Below are positions 9,230 through 18,384 of a stretch of DNA of 64,000 nt, in pieces. The notes under the pieces are model-generated. The model was not told the origin of the DNA and made no database searches. It saw nothing but the letters and a program-made list of their open reading frames with translations. Where the stretch lies: the NCBI GenBank assembly GCA_032249395.1, contig JAVVFY010000001.1, positions 64,825 through 128,824 on the forward strand. Reading direction: 5' to 3'. The DNA is from Candidatus Aenigmatarchaeota archaeon. Its GTDB lineage: Archaea; Aenigmatarchaeota; Aenigmatarchaeia; CG10238-14; SpSt-28. Numbering within the stretch: the first letter of the stretch is position 1; each line of letters starts with the position of its first letter. The position numbers were made by a program, and so were the translations under genes.

Positions 9230-10057
9230 TTATTCCTCTAATATTTCTTTAGGAAGTAGCTTATTAAACCTTTCCATTATTTCTTTTGTTAAATTTAATG
9301 CTTTTTGTAAATAGATGCCATCAACTTCTTTAACTGTTTGATGCTCAACATCTTTCCAAAGCTTATCTATTTCCTTCCACTTTTCAAGGAACTCTCTTTC
9401 TATTTTGCCTTCGTTTATCATCTTTTCAATGTAACTTGAAATTTCCTTAGGGTCTGGTTGTGTTTTGTAATAATACATAACTACTGCTTGAATAATATCA
9501 CTACAACAATATCTTAAATCAAAAATTATACTTTTCAAATCACCTTTTATTTTTTCTAATCTAACTTGGGACGTTTTTTGCTTTATTCTTATAACTTCTT
9601 CGCTTGGTGGTAATAAGCCTAGTTGTAACATTCTTTGCACAGGCTTAACAAAACCAGTATCGTATATAACTAATCCGTATCTTAAAAAGTTTATCAATTC
9701 TGGAGATCCTATTCTAACCCATTGCCAAAATTCAGTTAAATTTGTAGTTTGAACATGTATATCTTTTATATTTTCAGCTGTTATTAGAATTTCCTCTCTT
9801 ATTCTATCGAAATCTACAGAAGTTTTCATTGTAGTATCATCTAAAATGACCCATACGTCCGCATCTGAGGTTGGTTTTACATCGCCTCTCGCTACCGACC
9901 CAAATATAACGACAGACTTAATTATTTCACCGAATTTTTTCCTTATTTCGTTCATGAATTTTACGCTCTTCTCGATAAGAGTTTTTTTCCTTTCTTCTAT
10001 TTCATTTTTTTCAACTAGTTTTATTTCCTTTAACTCTTTTTCTAATTTCTCAATCAT
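9230..10057 (-). CDS. Nucleotidyltransferase + HEPN-like domain fusion protein (paralogue of 8097..9227)
   Basis: GSVARGDVKPTSDADVWVILDD, and the same architecture as its neighbour. The equivalent HEPN motif is WKDVEH, so the Arg is lost. There is a 2-nt gap to the next gene. Confidence 0.7.
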   Translation of the reverse strand: MIEKLEKELKEIKLVEKNEIEERKKTLIEKSVKFMNEIRKKFGEIIKSVVIFGSVARGDVKPTSDADVWVILDDTTMKTSVDFDRIREEILITAENIKDIHVQTTNLTEFWQWVRIGSPELINFLRYGLVIYDTGFVKPVQRMLQLGLLPPSEEVIRIKQKTSQVRLEKIKGDLKSIIFDLRYCCSDIIQAVVMYYYKTQPDPKEISSYIEKMINEGKIEREFLEKWKEIDKLWKDVEHQTVKEVDGIYLQKALNLTKEIMERFNKLLPKEILEE

Positions 10058-10085
10058 TTTTTCACTTATTTTTGTATTTAAAATC

Positions 10086-12020
10086 TTATCTTAACTCTTC
10101 TCTCTTCCATTCTTCAGGCCTCTTACCCTTTTCTACAGCTTTTGCTCCTAAGAATGTGTATTCTTCTTCCGGAACTTGTAAAAGACCCTTTAAAGGATCA
10201 AAAAAATGTTCTTTAATAATCATTAACTGTCTATCTTCTGAGAGAATCTCTCTCGATGATATACCGAAAAATTCTGGAGGGAGGTTTTCTGGTGGCACAT
10301 TCTTCTCTAAATATTCTATTATAATTCTTAAAGCTGCTGCGGATTGACCTATGAATTGAGCAGGATATTGTCCACCTCTTGCACCTCCTCTCTCAAAAAT
10401 GAAAATTCCCTCATATTCTTTATCTTCAAATTTAGTCCCAAACCCAGCTTTTTTAAGCTCATATGCATATTTGTAAATCCAATATTGAGCATCACTACCA
10501 ATATCTATTGGTTGATGAGCAGGATGATAAGGTTTTGGCGCTCCTACATGGAACACAAGTAAGAATTTTCCCGCATCTTTCGCTTCAGCTTGTAGGCTTC
10601 TAGCTTCTAATATAGGGTCTAAATTATTATGCAAATAATGTTCAGCATCAAACACCATTCCTAAATAAACTTTGTTGGTAATTAATTCTGCTGCTTTTAC
10701 CATCTTGTAGATGTCGACTGCATGAATTATTCTTTGCAATCCTTCTTCCCCGACTCTACTTATTTCAGGATTTTCAAAAACTATTGTTAGTCTTCTTTTC
10801 TTTCCCTTTCTTTCTATAAGATTATTTAGAATATCAAGCTTCTCTAAAGGCGTTTTTTTAAGGAAATTTTCTTCTATTTCTTTTATTTTGTCTTTAGAGA
10901 AAGCTTTTTCTAATTTTCTCTTTTCTTCAGCTATGAATTCTTCTCTGTTTTTTTCCATGAAATGTCCTAAAACATATCTAGCAGCAACTAGAGAAACTAT
11001 TTGAGGAGGTAACTTTACTTCTCCCTTTTCTACATCGAAAAATTTACCTTCTCCAAGTAAATCTTTTTCTAATTTTTCCCAACCGTTTTCATCGGAATAG
11101 TTTGTAAAGAAAAGAGTCCATAAAGGCTCTTTATTATTATTTCTTTCTTCAAACAAATATCTAGCAACTATAAGATAGGCTATATCTTCATATGTTATTG
11201 CCCCTTCAGCAAATCTAAGTTTTGTAACGTTTCTAAAAAAATCCCAACTATACTTTTCAATTTCCTTAAGTATTTCATCCCTAATTTCTTTTATTGTCTC
11301 ATCCCTAATTCCTTTTAACCTTTCCTTAATTCTCTCTTCGCTTACTCCTTCTTTCTTTAATTCTTCAATCTTTTCTTTGAATCTTTTTGTAAGCTTATCT
11401 CGTATCTCTTTATTTTCTTTTATAACCCAGTCTGCAATTTTATCTTTTATATCCTCTATGGATACAAAACCCAATCCGCTTTCTTTTCCTATCAAAAGAT
11501 AAAGAAGATTACTCTCTTCAATCCACTTCTTTAATTTTTCATTTTTCTCTATAAAATTAATCCAGTTCATATCTCCACTTGGAGTTACTGTTATTTGCCC
11601 AGCATACCTATATCTCTCGACAATCATAGCTATTGTAGGTAAATTTGATGCATGGAATACAATATATCGCGGCATGTATTCTATATAGTCCCCCTCTACA
11701 CAAAATTTTATAAATAGTGTATCTAAGTATTGGTGAAGCCTTCTATGGCTATGTTTCCAAACGACTTCTAATGCACTTTCCAACGCCATCATCTCTCCAA
11801 TTTCTCCATGCATCCCCCAATCGACTTGCATTGTATCCACAAGCCTCTTTATGTTTTTAACAACTTCTGGCTCTTGAAATTCAGCTATACTTTCAAAATC
11901 GACTTGAACAAAATTAACACCATAAGTAATAGCTGATCCAATTTTGCTAGCTATGCCTAACAATTCTTCGCCTCTTGCTATAGACCACCAACCACTTGAA
12001 ACTCCAATTTTGTAGCTCAT
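10086..12020 (-). CDS. Xylose-isomerase/AP-endonuclease-2-like TIM-barrel protein with a large helical insertion (function unknown)
   Basis: 644 aa. Barrel-like strand/metal-ligand pattern: IGVSSG, VQVDFE, WGMHGE, IVFHASN, then a K/E-rich insert of about 250 aa, then IVFENPE, VFDAEHY, LVFHVG..H, IFIFERGG. This is pattern recognition only. The start overlaps the upstream stop (ATGA). Confidence 0.55.
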   Translation of the reverse strand: MSYKIGVSSGWWSIARGEELLGIASKIGSAITYGVNFVQVDFESIAEFQEPEVVKNIKRLVDTMQVDWGMHGEIGEMMALESALEVVWKHSHRRLHQYLDTLFIKFCVEGDYIEYMPRYIVFHASNLPTIAMIVERYRYAGQITVTPSGDMNWINFIEKNEKLKKWIEESNLLYLLIGKESGLGFVSIEDIKDKIADWVIKENKEIRDKLTKRFKEKIEELKKEGVSEERIKERLKGIRDETIKEIRDEILKEIEKYSWDFFRNVTKLRFAEGAITYEDIAYLIVARYLFEERNNNKEPLWTLFFTNYSDENGWEKLEKDLLGEGKFFDVEKGEVKLPPQIVSLVAARYVLGHFMEKNREEFIAEEKRKLEKAFSKDKIKEIEENFLKKTPLEKLDILNNLIERKGKKRRLTIVFENPEISRVGEEGLQRIIHAVDIYKMVKAAELITNKVYLGMVFDAEHYLHNNLDPILEARSLQAEAKDAGKFLLVFHVGAPKPYHPAHQPIDIGSDAQYWIYKYAYELKKAGFGTKFEDKEYEGIFIFERGGARGGQYPAQFIGQSAAALRIIIEYLEKNVPPENLPPEFFGISSREILSEDRQLMIIKEHFFDPLKGLLQVPEEEYTFLGAKAVEKGKRPEEWKREELR

Positions 12021-13774
12021 AATCTAACCTCAATTTGATATCCTGGAACCTGGAAAGACGATGCTAAGTAACTTTTTATTTGATTGAAAATCATTCCAGA
12101 AAACTTAAAGTAATACTTAGCAATTCTATAAGCAACATTGTGCTCGTATGGTCCATATGCTCTAATGAAAGTTAGCTGGATGCCAAAATAATCTAGAATT
12201 TTCTTAAAATAATCTAGAATTGATTTTTTCTTTTTTTCAATTTTAGCTTCTTTTGGCGTGAAATATTCTTTAATTTCACTTTCACTTCCATAAATAAATA
12301 GAAACTCCTCTTTCAGCATTTCTTTGACTCTTTTAAGCTTATTATCTTTATCAAAACCTAATTCTCCTAAAAGCAAATCTATTTCGCTTTCAAGAGCCTT
12401 TTCTTTTGCCATTATTTCGAGAATATGTCCAATTATTATGTTTTGTGTTTTTACGTATGACTTAAGATTACCTATTTCTAAATCTTCAAGTTGAGCACCG
12501 TTTGGCAGTACAAGAACAACTCTATCCATTGGTATTTCCAAAAAAACGAAATATGGAGAGAAAGGCCATGTAACTTTTAGTCCCTCTGGAGAACTTTTAT
12601 ATCTGCTTAATAATCTTTTTCGAGCTTCAAATAAATCCTCGATTGTAAGTTGTACACCGTATTTTTTCCCATACTCATCGTTTATTCTTTTCATTATTTC
12701 TCTAACAACATTATCTACAGATGGCTCGATTGGTAACGCTTCAATCATTTCGTCTTCGCCTATTTTACCTTTTTTTTTGAGTATTTCTATTTCTTCTTCT
12801 GTAAATCCAGCCTTTTTTGCATGTATTTTATCGAAATATTCTCTACTTGCTTTCCATTTCTCTTCTGGAGCAAAAGGTTTCCAAGCCCATATTGTCATAG
12901 AATCTATTGAGAATGCTTGAGCTTCTGGTCTAAAAAATAGTTTCACCATCGCTGTTCTTCCTCCAGATGAAGAAAGCATATCGTTTATCATTTTGTACCT
13001 AGCTATTAGTGGTTTTATCATTTCTTTATATTCTTTTACGGAATTTTCTCTTGCTACAGCGAGTTCTTTTAATCTTTCATATCTTTGCCTTACTGTTGTT
13101 TCGAACATTTCTAGCCAACTCAAAAATAGTTTATTTTTTGTAGCAAGCACAACCTTTTCTGCATAAGAGACATCTAACTTTATCTCTTCGGGAGATTTCT
13201 CTTTATCCAATTTCATGAAGTCAGAAATTATAGTTGGCCATCTCGAGACTATTGAACGAAGAGCTATTGGTGTATTTGGAAGGTCTGTATGAATATCTAC
13301 TTGGTCTATAAATATGGATCTTAGAGTTTGAATTGCTCTCATTCTCTTATTTTTTGCTTCTTCAATCTTCTTCTCATCTTTTTCTCTTTTTATCGTTTCT
13401 TCTGCTTCTCTAATTTCATTAAAAATTTTTAAATATTCTCTGTATTTTCTTAAATCGTGCAATATCAATTCTAAATCTGCATAAGCTTGAGCAATGCTTG
13501 CTAATCCATTCTTTATTTGTTGCATAAGTCTTTCTCTTTCTCCCAAAACCAAGTCATAATATCCTTTGTTTATTTGAGAAACAAAAATACTCTCACTTAC
13601 TTTAAATCTCTCGAAGCCCCACTTTCCTAGTTGAAACATTAGCCCATAATAAACTCCTGTACACTTACCCAGTGGAGCTGTAAAGTCGAGCAATATATTT
13701 TGATCTGGAGGATTTGCGTTTATTCCTTCTCCAGGTTTCATTCCTCTCCCAGGATATTGAGGATAATCAACCAT
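12017..13774 (-). CDS. Hypothetical protein, 585 aa, translationally coupled to the TIM-barrel protein
   Basis: A long uninterrupted ORF with ordinary codon usage and a central coiled-coil-like segment. I recognise no motif. Confidence 0.75.
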   Translation of the reverse strand: MVDYPQYPGRGMKPGEGINANPPDQNILLDFTAPLGKCTGVYYGLMFQLGKWGFERFKVSESIFVSQINKGYYDLVLGERERLMQQIKNGLASIAQAYADLELILHDLRKYREYLKIFNEIREAEETIKREKDEKKIEEAKNKRMRAIQTLRSIFIDQVDIHTDLPNTPIALRSIVSRWPTIISDFMKLDKEKSPEEIKLDVSYAEKVVLATKNKLFLSWLEMFETTVRQRYERLKELAVARENSVKEYKEMIKPLIARYKMINDMLSSSGGRTAMVKLFFRPEAQAFSIDSMTIWAWKPFAPEEKWKASREYFDKIHAKKAGFTEEEIEILKKKGKIGEDEMIEALPIEPSVDNVVREIMKRINDEYGKKYGVQLTIEDLFEARKRLLSRYKSSPEGLKVTWPFSPYFVFLEIPMDRVVLVLPNGAQLEDLEIGNLKSYVKTQNIIIGHILEIMAKEKALESEIDLLLGELGFDKDNKLKRVKEMLKEEFLFIYGSESEIKEYFTPKEAKIEKKKKSILDYFKKILDYFGIQLTFIRAYGPYEHNVAYRIAKYYFKFSGMIFNQIKSYLASSFQVPGYQIEVRL

Positions 13775-13797
13775 ATTTATTTTTTGTTTTCAAGATA

Positions 13798-13956
13798 TTA
13801 GCTTTTTAAAAGAAAGATTCCAATACCTGTTAATATTATTCCTATTATTGTTGTTGCCTTTGCCATACCTTCTGGTTGATATTTATCCAAGAATGGAAAA
13901 AATATTATTAGAGAGAGACCAACTAAAATTAAAAAAATTCCCAATATTTTTCGCAT
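13798..13956 (-). CDS. Small membrane protein (52 aa, 2 TM)
   Basis: My translation: MRKILGIFLILVGLSLIIFFPFLDKYQPEGMAKATTIIGIILTGIGIFLLKS*. It lies 23 nt upstream of the 585-aa gene and is below the ORF-track size cutoff. Confidence 0.4.
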   Translation of the reverse strand: MRKILGIFLILVGLSLIIFFPFLDKYQPEGMAKATTIIGIILTGIGIFLLKS

Positions 13957-13961
13957 ATACT

Positions 13962-14105
13962 TCACCTAAAAATAAGCGCTAAGTATAAAAAAAGCATACC
14001 TAATAATAAGGCTATTTCAAATCCTCTCCTTTTGGTTGAGTAAATCGCAATAAAAGTGAATAAGATGCCTAAAGTAAGAAATATGGAAAATATCAAAGCT
14101 CTCAT
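13962..14105 (-). CDS. Small membrane protein (47 aa, 2 TM)
   Basis: My translation: MRALIFSIFLTLGILFTFIAIYSTKRRGFEIALLLGMLFLYLALIFR*. It lies 5 nt upstream of the next small ORF. Confidence 0.4.
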   Translation of the reverse strand: MRALIFSIFLTLGILFTFIAIYSTKRRGFEIALLLGMLFLYLALIFR

Positions 14106-14138
14106 AACACTTTTTTATTGATAGAGTAAATAAATATT

Positions 14139-14687
14139 ATGCCGATATTTGCAAGAACTAAGCTCGTTATTCATGAAGATTGTTTAGAAGTTCCGGGAAG
14201 TCCGTTGCCTGGAAAGAAATTCTTAACTTTAGAATATTACGGTCCAAATCCACAAGCAGCATATTATTATGTCAAGAAGCTTCTTTCTCAAGTAACAAAA
14301 GTCCCGGAGAGCGAAATAATAGAGAGAGATTTTTCATGGAATAAAGAAGGAGATAATGAAAGTTTTAGTGTGACTTTTGATGTCATAAAGGATATGGATA
14401 GATTTAGTTTCATACAAATAAGTGTTAGTATGAAAGGGGAGATAAAAAAAAGTAAAGAAGTTGGTAAAGAAGGCAGTTTAAAAGTAAATATTGATGGATC
14501 GTTGAGGACAGAATATCCCCAAGACACTTTATGGCAAAGAAGCTTACTTTATGAAATTTTTAGAGCTTTCTATCATAAATTCATATATGAAGATAGTAGA
14601 AAGAAATATAAGCAGGAGTGTTTAAATTTGATGAATGAGATATACTCTTCTCTTAAACAATTTCTTAATGTCCTACCACAAAGATAA
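14139..14687 (+). CDS. Hypothetical protein, tandem paralogue A
   Basis: 182 aa. It aligns by eye with the next ORF: YYGPNP..AYY, ERDFSW..., TEYP, and a C-terminal F/Y-rich helix. Confidence 0.7.
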   Translation: MPIFARTKLVIHEDCLEVPGSPLPGKKFLTLEYYGPNPQAAYYYVKKLLSQVTKVPESEIIERDFSWNKEGDNESFSVTFDVIKDMDRFSFIQISVSMKGEIKKSKEVGKEGSLKVNIDGSLRTEYPQDTLWQRSLLYEIFRAFYHKFIYEDSRKKYKQECLNLMNEIYSSLKQFLNVLPQR

Positions 14688-14689
14688 TT

Positions 14690-15187
14690 ATGGCGTCTTG
14701 GATTTTAGAAGACGATTGTCTTGCCCCAGAAAGATACGTAAGAATTGTTTACAATGGTCCGAATCCATTTCACGCTTATCAGTCTTCTTACGCTATTTTT
14801 AGAAAAGTTATGGAAATCGATCCATCCGATTATCAAGAAAGAGAATTTAGATGGGATATAACCGATGATCCTAGAGATTTTTATGTTAGAGTTATAGTCC
14901 AAAAGAATTTAGATTCTCGAAGCTCAATATATTTTGAAATAATAATGCAAGGCAAACAACCAACAGACCCTTCCAAAAATGGAACTTTAACTATATTAAT
15001 TGGAGCGAAGCTTAAAACTGAATATGCGCTTAACACCCCATTTCAACAATCTTTTTTTTACAGGACGCTTCTTTGGTTTTATAATCATTTTTTCTATTTT
15101 GGTGTTAGAAGAAGATACATAAAGATGTGTAATGACTGGATGACAAATATAGTTAAAGCTTATAGAAAATTATTAAAACTTGAATAA
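14690..15187 (+). CDS. Hypothetical protein, tandem paralogue B
   Basis: 165 aa. It shares VYNGPNPFHAY, EREFRWD and KTEYA with paralogue A and starts 2 nt after A's stop. Confidence 0.7.
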   Translation: MASWILEDDCLAPERYVRIVYNGPNPFHAYQSSYAIFRKVMEIDPSDYQEREFRWDITDDPRDFYVRVIVQKNLDSRSSIYFEIIMQGKQPTDPSKNGTLTILIGAKLKTEYALNTPFQQSFFYRTLLWFYNHFFYFGVRRRYIKMCNDWMTNIVKAYRKLLKLE

Positions 15188-15219
15188 AATAATTTTTAAT
15201 TGCGAAAATAAAACTAAAA

Positions 15220-15498
15220 ATGCTGAGAATAAAGCTTCCATTCATAAGAGAAAATAAAGAAAGTAAGGAAACAAAAGAGACATTTACTCAATTTCAAGTA
15301 CCTCAAAAAGAAACAAAAGAAGAAATAAACCAAACATCAATAAAGCAAAGAGAGGAAAAGAGTATGGAATTAGAAGTTATTTCAGCAAAAATTGATGCTT
15401 TGAAATTTCAGTATGAGGCTTTAAGCGAAAAAATAAATAATATAGAAAAGATGGTAAAAGAAATTTATGAGATGGCTAAAAATTCTTCAAGTGTATGA
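15220..15498 (+). CDS. Small coiled-coil protein
   Basis: 92 aa, with a K/E/T-rich N-terminus and a heptad-like C-terminus. Confidence 0.45.
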   Translation: MLRIKLPFIRENKESKETKETFTQFQVPQKETKEEINQTSIKQREEKSMELEVISAKIDALKFQYEALSEKINNIEKMVKEIYEMAKNSSSV

Positions 15499-15517
15499 AA
15501 TTAAAAAATGATTTTAA

Positions 15518-16111
15518 ATGCTAAAACTAATAATAAATATGCCTATAACACTAAAAAAACTAAAGGATCTTTTAACAAGTCCGCATGAAATACTACCAAA
15601 AATAGCAAAAGAAAGAAATGTGAATGAAGCGACAGTAATGCTAGTTATCAACTGGGTTTTGATATCAACAGGGCTAGCATTATCATCACAAAACTATTCA
15701 ATAATTCCAGCAGTTCTCGTTTTCGGTATAATAGCAACATTAGCTACCTCTTTCTTAATCCAACTTTCCCTAACAATACTCGGTGGAAAGGGGGATTACT
15801 CAAGCGCTTTAGCAGCGTCTACTTATCCCTTCTTCGGACTAGCTCTATCTTCATTAATAGTTTCTATAATATTCTTTTGGTCAGACAAGATTGCAGTAAT
15901 TCTAGGGACTTTTCTCTTTGTGCTTTACTTAACAGTTGCCTTAACGGGAGCTTTTAGGGTTCTTAAAGAAAGTTTCAAAGTAGATATAATCACAGTTTGG
16001 ATAGTAACAAGCTTATTAATGTTAGCAATATTTGGAAGTATGTATATAATGGTTGCAATTTATGTTCTTAAAGTAGGAACAACTCCTTTGCTTCTAACTT
16101 CAGTAGCTTAA
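15518..16111 (+). CDS. Yip1-domain-like multi-pass membrane protein
   Basis: 197 aa with five hydrophobic helices after a short cytosolic N-terminus. The family assignment is tentative. Confidence 0.5.
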   Translation: MLKLIINMPITLKKLKDLLTSPHEILPKIAKERNVNEATVMLVINWVLISTGLALSSQNYSIIPAVLVFGIIATLATSFLIQLSLTILGGKGDYSSALAASTYPFFGLALSSLIVSIIFFWSDKIAVILGTFLFVLYLTVALTGAFRVLKESFKVDIITVWIVTSLLMLAIFGSMYIMVAIYVLKVGTTPLLLTSVA

Positions 16112-16155
16112 ACTTCTAATGCCTTCTTTTTATTTTTTCTTTTTAATTTGAGATA

Positions 16156-17316
16156 ATGATAGAAGTTGGTTTAATTGGTAAACCAAATGCAGGCAAATCT
16201 TCTTTTCTTAAAGCAGCCACATTACAAGATGTTAAAATTTCTCCAATACCATTCACAACACTTAAACCAAACATAGCTTTAGCTTATGTGACAAAAGAAT
16301 GTGCTTGTAGAGAATTTAACGTTAAATGTAATCCCAGACAAGGAGCTTGTATAAACGGAATAAGATTTGTTCCAATTGGTTTATGGGATTTGCCAGGAAT
16401 TGTTCCTGGAGCCCATGATGGTAGAGGTTTGGGATTGAAATTTTTAGATGATATAAGAAAAACAAAAGCCTTAATCCATGTTGTGGATTTTTCTGGTTTG
16501 ACAGATGCAGAAGGAAAGCCAACAGAAAACTATGATGTAGAAAAAGATATAAAGTTCGTTGAGGATGAAATAAACAATTGGTTTAGAGAGGTTATTAATA
16601 GAGGACTAGAAAAATATAAAAGAAATTTAAAAAATCTTTCAAAAGAAGAACTAGTTGATATTTTAGTAAAACAGTTAAGCGGCTTAGAAGTAAAGAAGGA
16701 AGATATAGAAAAAACTTTAGATGCAGTTGGAATAGAAAATTTAGATGAATTTTCCAAAAGTTTAAGAGAAATTTCTAAACCAATTGTCATAGTTGCAAAT
16801 AAAATAGATTTGGAAAGTGCTCAAAAAAATTATGAGAGAATAAAAACCAAATACAGAAATATAATTCCTGTTAGCGCGGAGAGCGAAATTGCTTTAAGAC
16901 TAGCGAGTAGTAAGGGTTTGATTGAATATTTTCCTGGAGATAGGGATTTTATCATTAAAGGCAATTTAAGCAAACAACAAGAAATGGCTCTAGAGTTAAT
17001 AAGAGAGAATGTATTAAAAAAGTTTGGTTCTACAGGAATACAAACTGCATTAAACTACACAGTTTTTGAAGTATTAAAATATATAGTTGTTTACCCTGTC
17101 GCTGATTCAAGCAAGCTTACAGATACTAAAGGAAATGTTTTGCCAGATGCTTTTCTAGTTCAAAAAGGTACTACACTAAAAGAATTTGCATTTTATATTC
17201 ATACGGATATTGGAGAAAAGTTTATTTGTGGAATAGATGCAAGAAGCAAAAAGAGATTGTCAGCAGATTACGAACTTAAAGATAATGACGTTTTCGAGAT
17301 AATATACAAAAAATAA
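16156..17316 (+). CDS. Obg-like GTPase/ATPase of the YchF/OLA1-related archaeal family with a C-terminal TGS domain
   Basis: G1 GKPNAGKSS, G2 FTT, G3 DLPG, G4 NKID. The C-terminus has a TGS-like LKDNDVFEI. Confidence 0.8.
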   Translation: MIEVGLIGKPNAGKSSFLKAATLQDVKISPIPFTTLKPNIALAYVTKECACREFNVKCNPRQGACINGIRFVPIGLWDLPGIVPGAHDGRGLGLKFLDDIRKTKALIHVVDFSGLTDAEGKPTENYDVEKDIKFVEDEINNWFREVINRGLEKYKRNLKNLSKEELVDILVKQLSGLEVKKEDIEKTLDAVGIENLDEFSKSLREISKPIVIVANKIDLESAQKNYERIKTKYRNIIPVSAESEIALRLASSKGLIEYFPGDRDFIIKGNLSKQQEMALELIRENVLKKFGSTGIQTALNYTVFEVLKYIVVYPVADSSKLTDTKGNVLPDAFLVQKGTTLKEFAFYIHTDIGEKFICGIDARSKKRLSADYELKDNDVFEIIYKK

Positions 17317-17317
17317 A

Positions 17318-18193
17318 TTAGGGAGCGATATTAAAGTAAAATGTTTTTGATTCTAGATAATTGCAAGACAATTCAATATTAGATACAACACTATCAAAAT
17401 CTTTTTCTTTTAAGTAGGAAATCGTGTAGTTGCATGGAATTTCGACCTTGTTTCTGAGCTTCACATATACTTCGAAAGGTGCAATAAGCCTAGTATTGTT
17501 GTAAGAGCAAATTAAGTTGTTGTTGGATTGAAGTTTTATGCCAATTACACTTATACACGTCCCCCCACCCAAATTTTCAATAATTAATTTAAATGGTGCA
17601 ACATTTCTTTTCCCTTCTTCGAAAACAAAATTCTTTGAATCGAAAGAAAATGAAATATCTAAAGGAGATTTACCTATTTTCTTTTCTTTTATTCCCATGT
17701 TTTCTATTCCACCATACAATTTCAAGCTATTGTTGTTGACTGCATTTATAGTGAAATTTTTAGAAATACGCGGATTATAAAGCAGTTTCAATAATATAGG
17801 TATATTTTTCATCTCGCTGTTCACTTTTTCAATTTTAACATTTCCAAAAAAGTAAGTTATGTTTGCTTTTGGAGGAATTTTGGAAAACGTTTTTAAAGTT
17901 GTTGTGTTTGTCAAATAGTTTGAAGATATTGAAAATAGCTTCCCAGCTTCCACCCAAACTTTAACGTTTTCTAATGGAACGTCATAAGTATTAACAATCG
18001 TAAAATTTAAGTTAAAATAATTATTAGACTTTAGGCTGGTATTTCCAATAAATTTTATTGATAAGCCACCTTTAGGGGATTGTGAAGAAGGGGTTGAGGA
18101 AAACAAAGCAAAAATTATTAACACAAAAACAATTGCTATACCAATAATTAAAAAGATGGTAGTAGTGCTTATTTTTTTCTCGTTTCCATTCAT
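17318..18193 (-). CDS. N-terminally anchored extracellular protein (N-glycosylation sequon rich)
   Basis: 291 aa. The N-terminal TM is TTTIFLIIGIAIVFVLIIFALF, followed by many NxS/T sequons. Confidence 0.55.
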   Translation of the reverse strand: MNGNEKKISTTTIFLIIGIAIVFVLIIFALFSSTPSSQSPKGGLSIKFIGNTSLKSNNYFNLNFTIVNTYDVPLENVKVWVEAGKLFSISSNYLTNTTTLKTFSKIPPKANITYFFGNVKIEKVNSEMKNIPILLKLLYNPRISKNFTINAVNNNSLKLYGGIENMGIKEKKIGKSPLDISFSFDSKNFVFEEGKRNVAPFKLIIENLGGGTCISVIGIKLQSNNNLICSYNNTRLIAPFEVYVKLRNKVEIPCNYTISYLKEKDFDSVVSNIELSCNYLESKTFYFNIAP

Positions 18194-18236
18194 TTTATTT
18201 TTTTGTTTGTGAAATTAAAACCATTTGAAAAATAAA

Positions 18237-18328
18237 TGGGCTCGGTGGGATTTGAACCCACGACCCCCCGCTTTCTTAGGAGCATCGCCATATAAGGCGG
18301 GTGCTCCACCAGGCTAAGCTACGAGCCC
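18237..18328 (-). tRNA. tRNA-Ile with anticodon UAU and an 18-nt canonical intron
   Basis: The reverse complement folds as GGGCTCG...CCCGC-CTTATA|tggcgatgctcctaagaa|A-GCGGG...GTGGG-TTCAAAT-CCCAC-CGAGCCC-A. BHB check: CUUA (positions 32-35) pairs with intron UAAG, followed by the bulge aa|A. Confidence 0.8.
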
Positions 18329-18384
18329 ATTTTTAAAATTTTTGATAAGCATTATTTATTTTTTAATACATACATAATAGTAAA

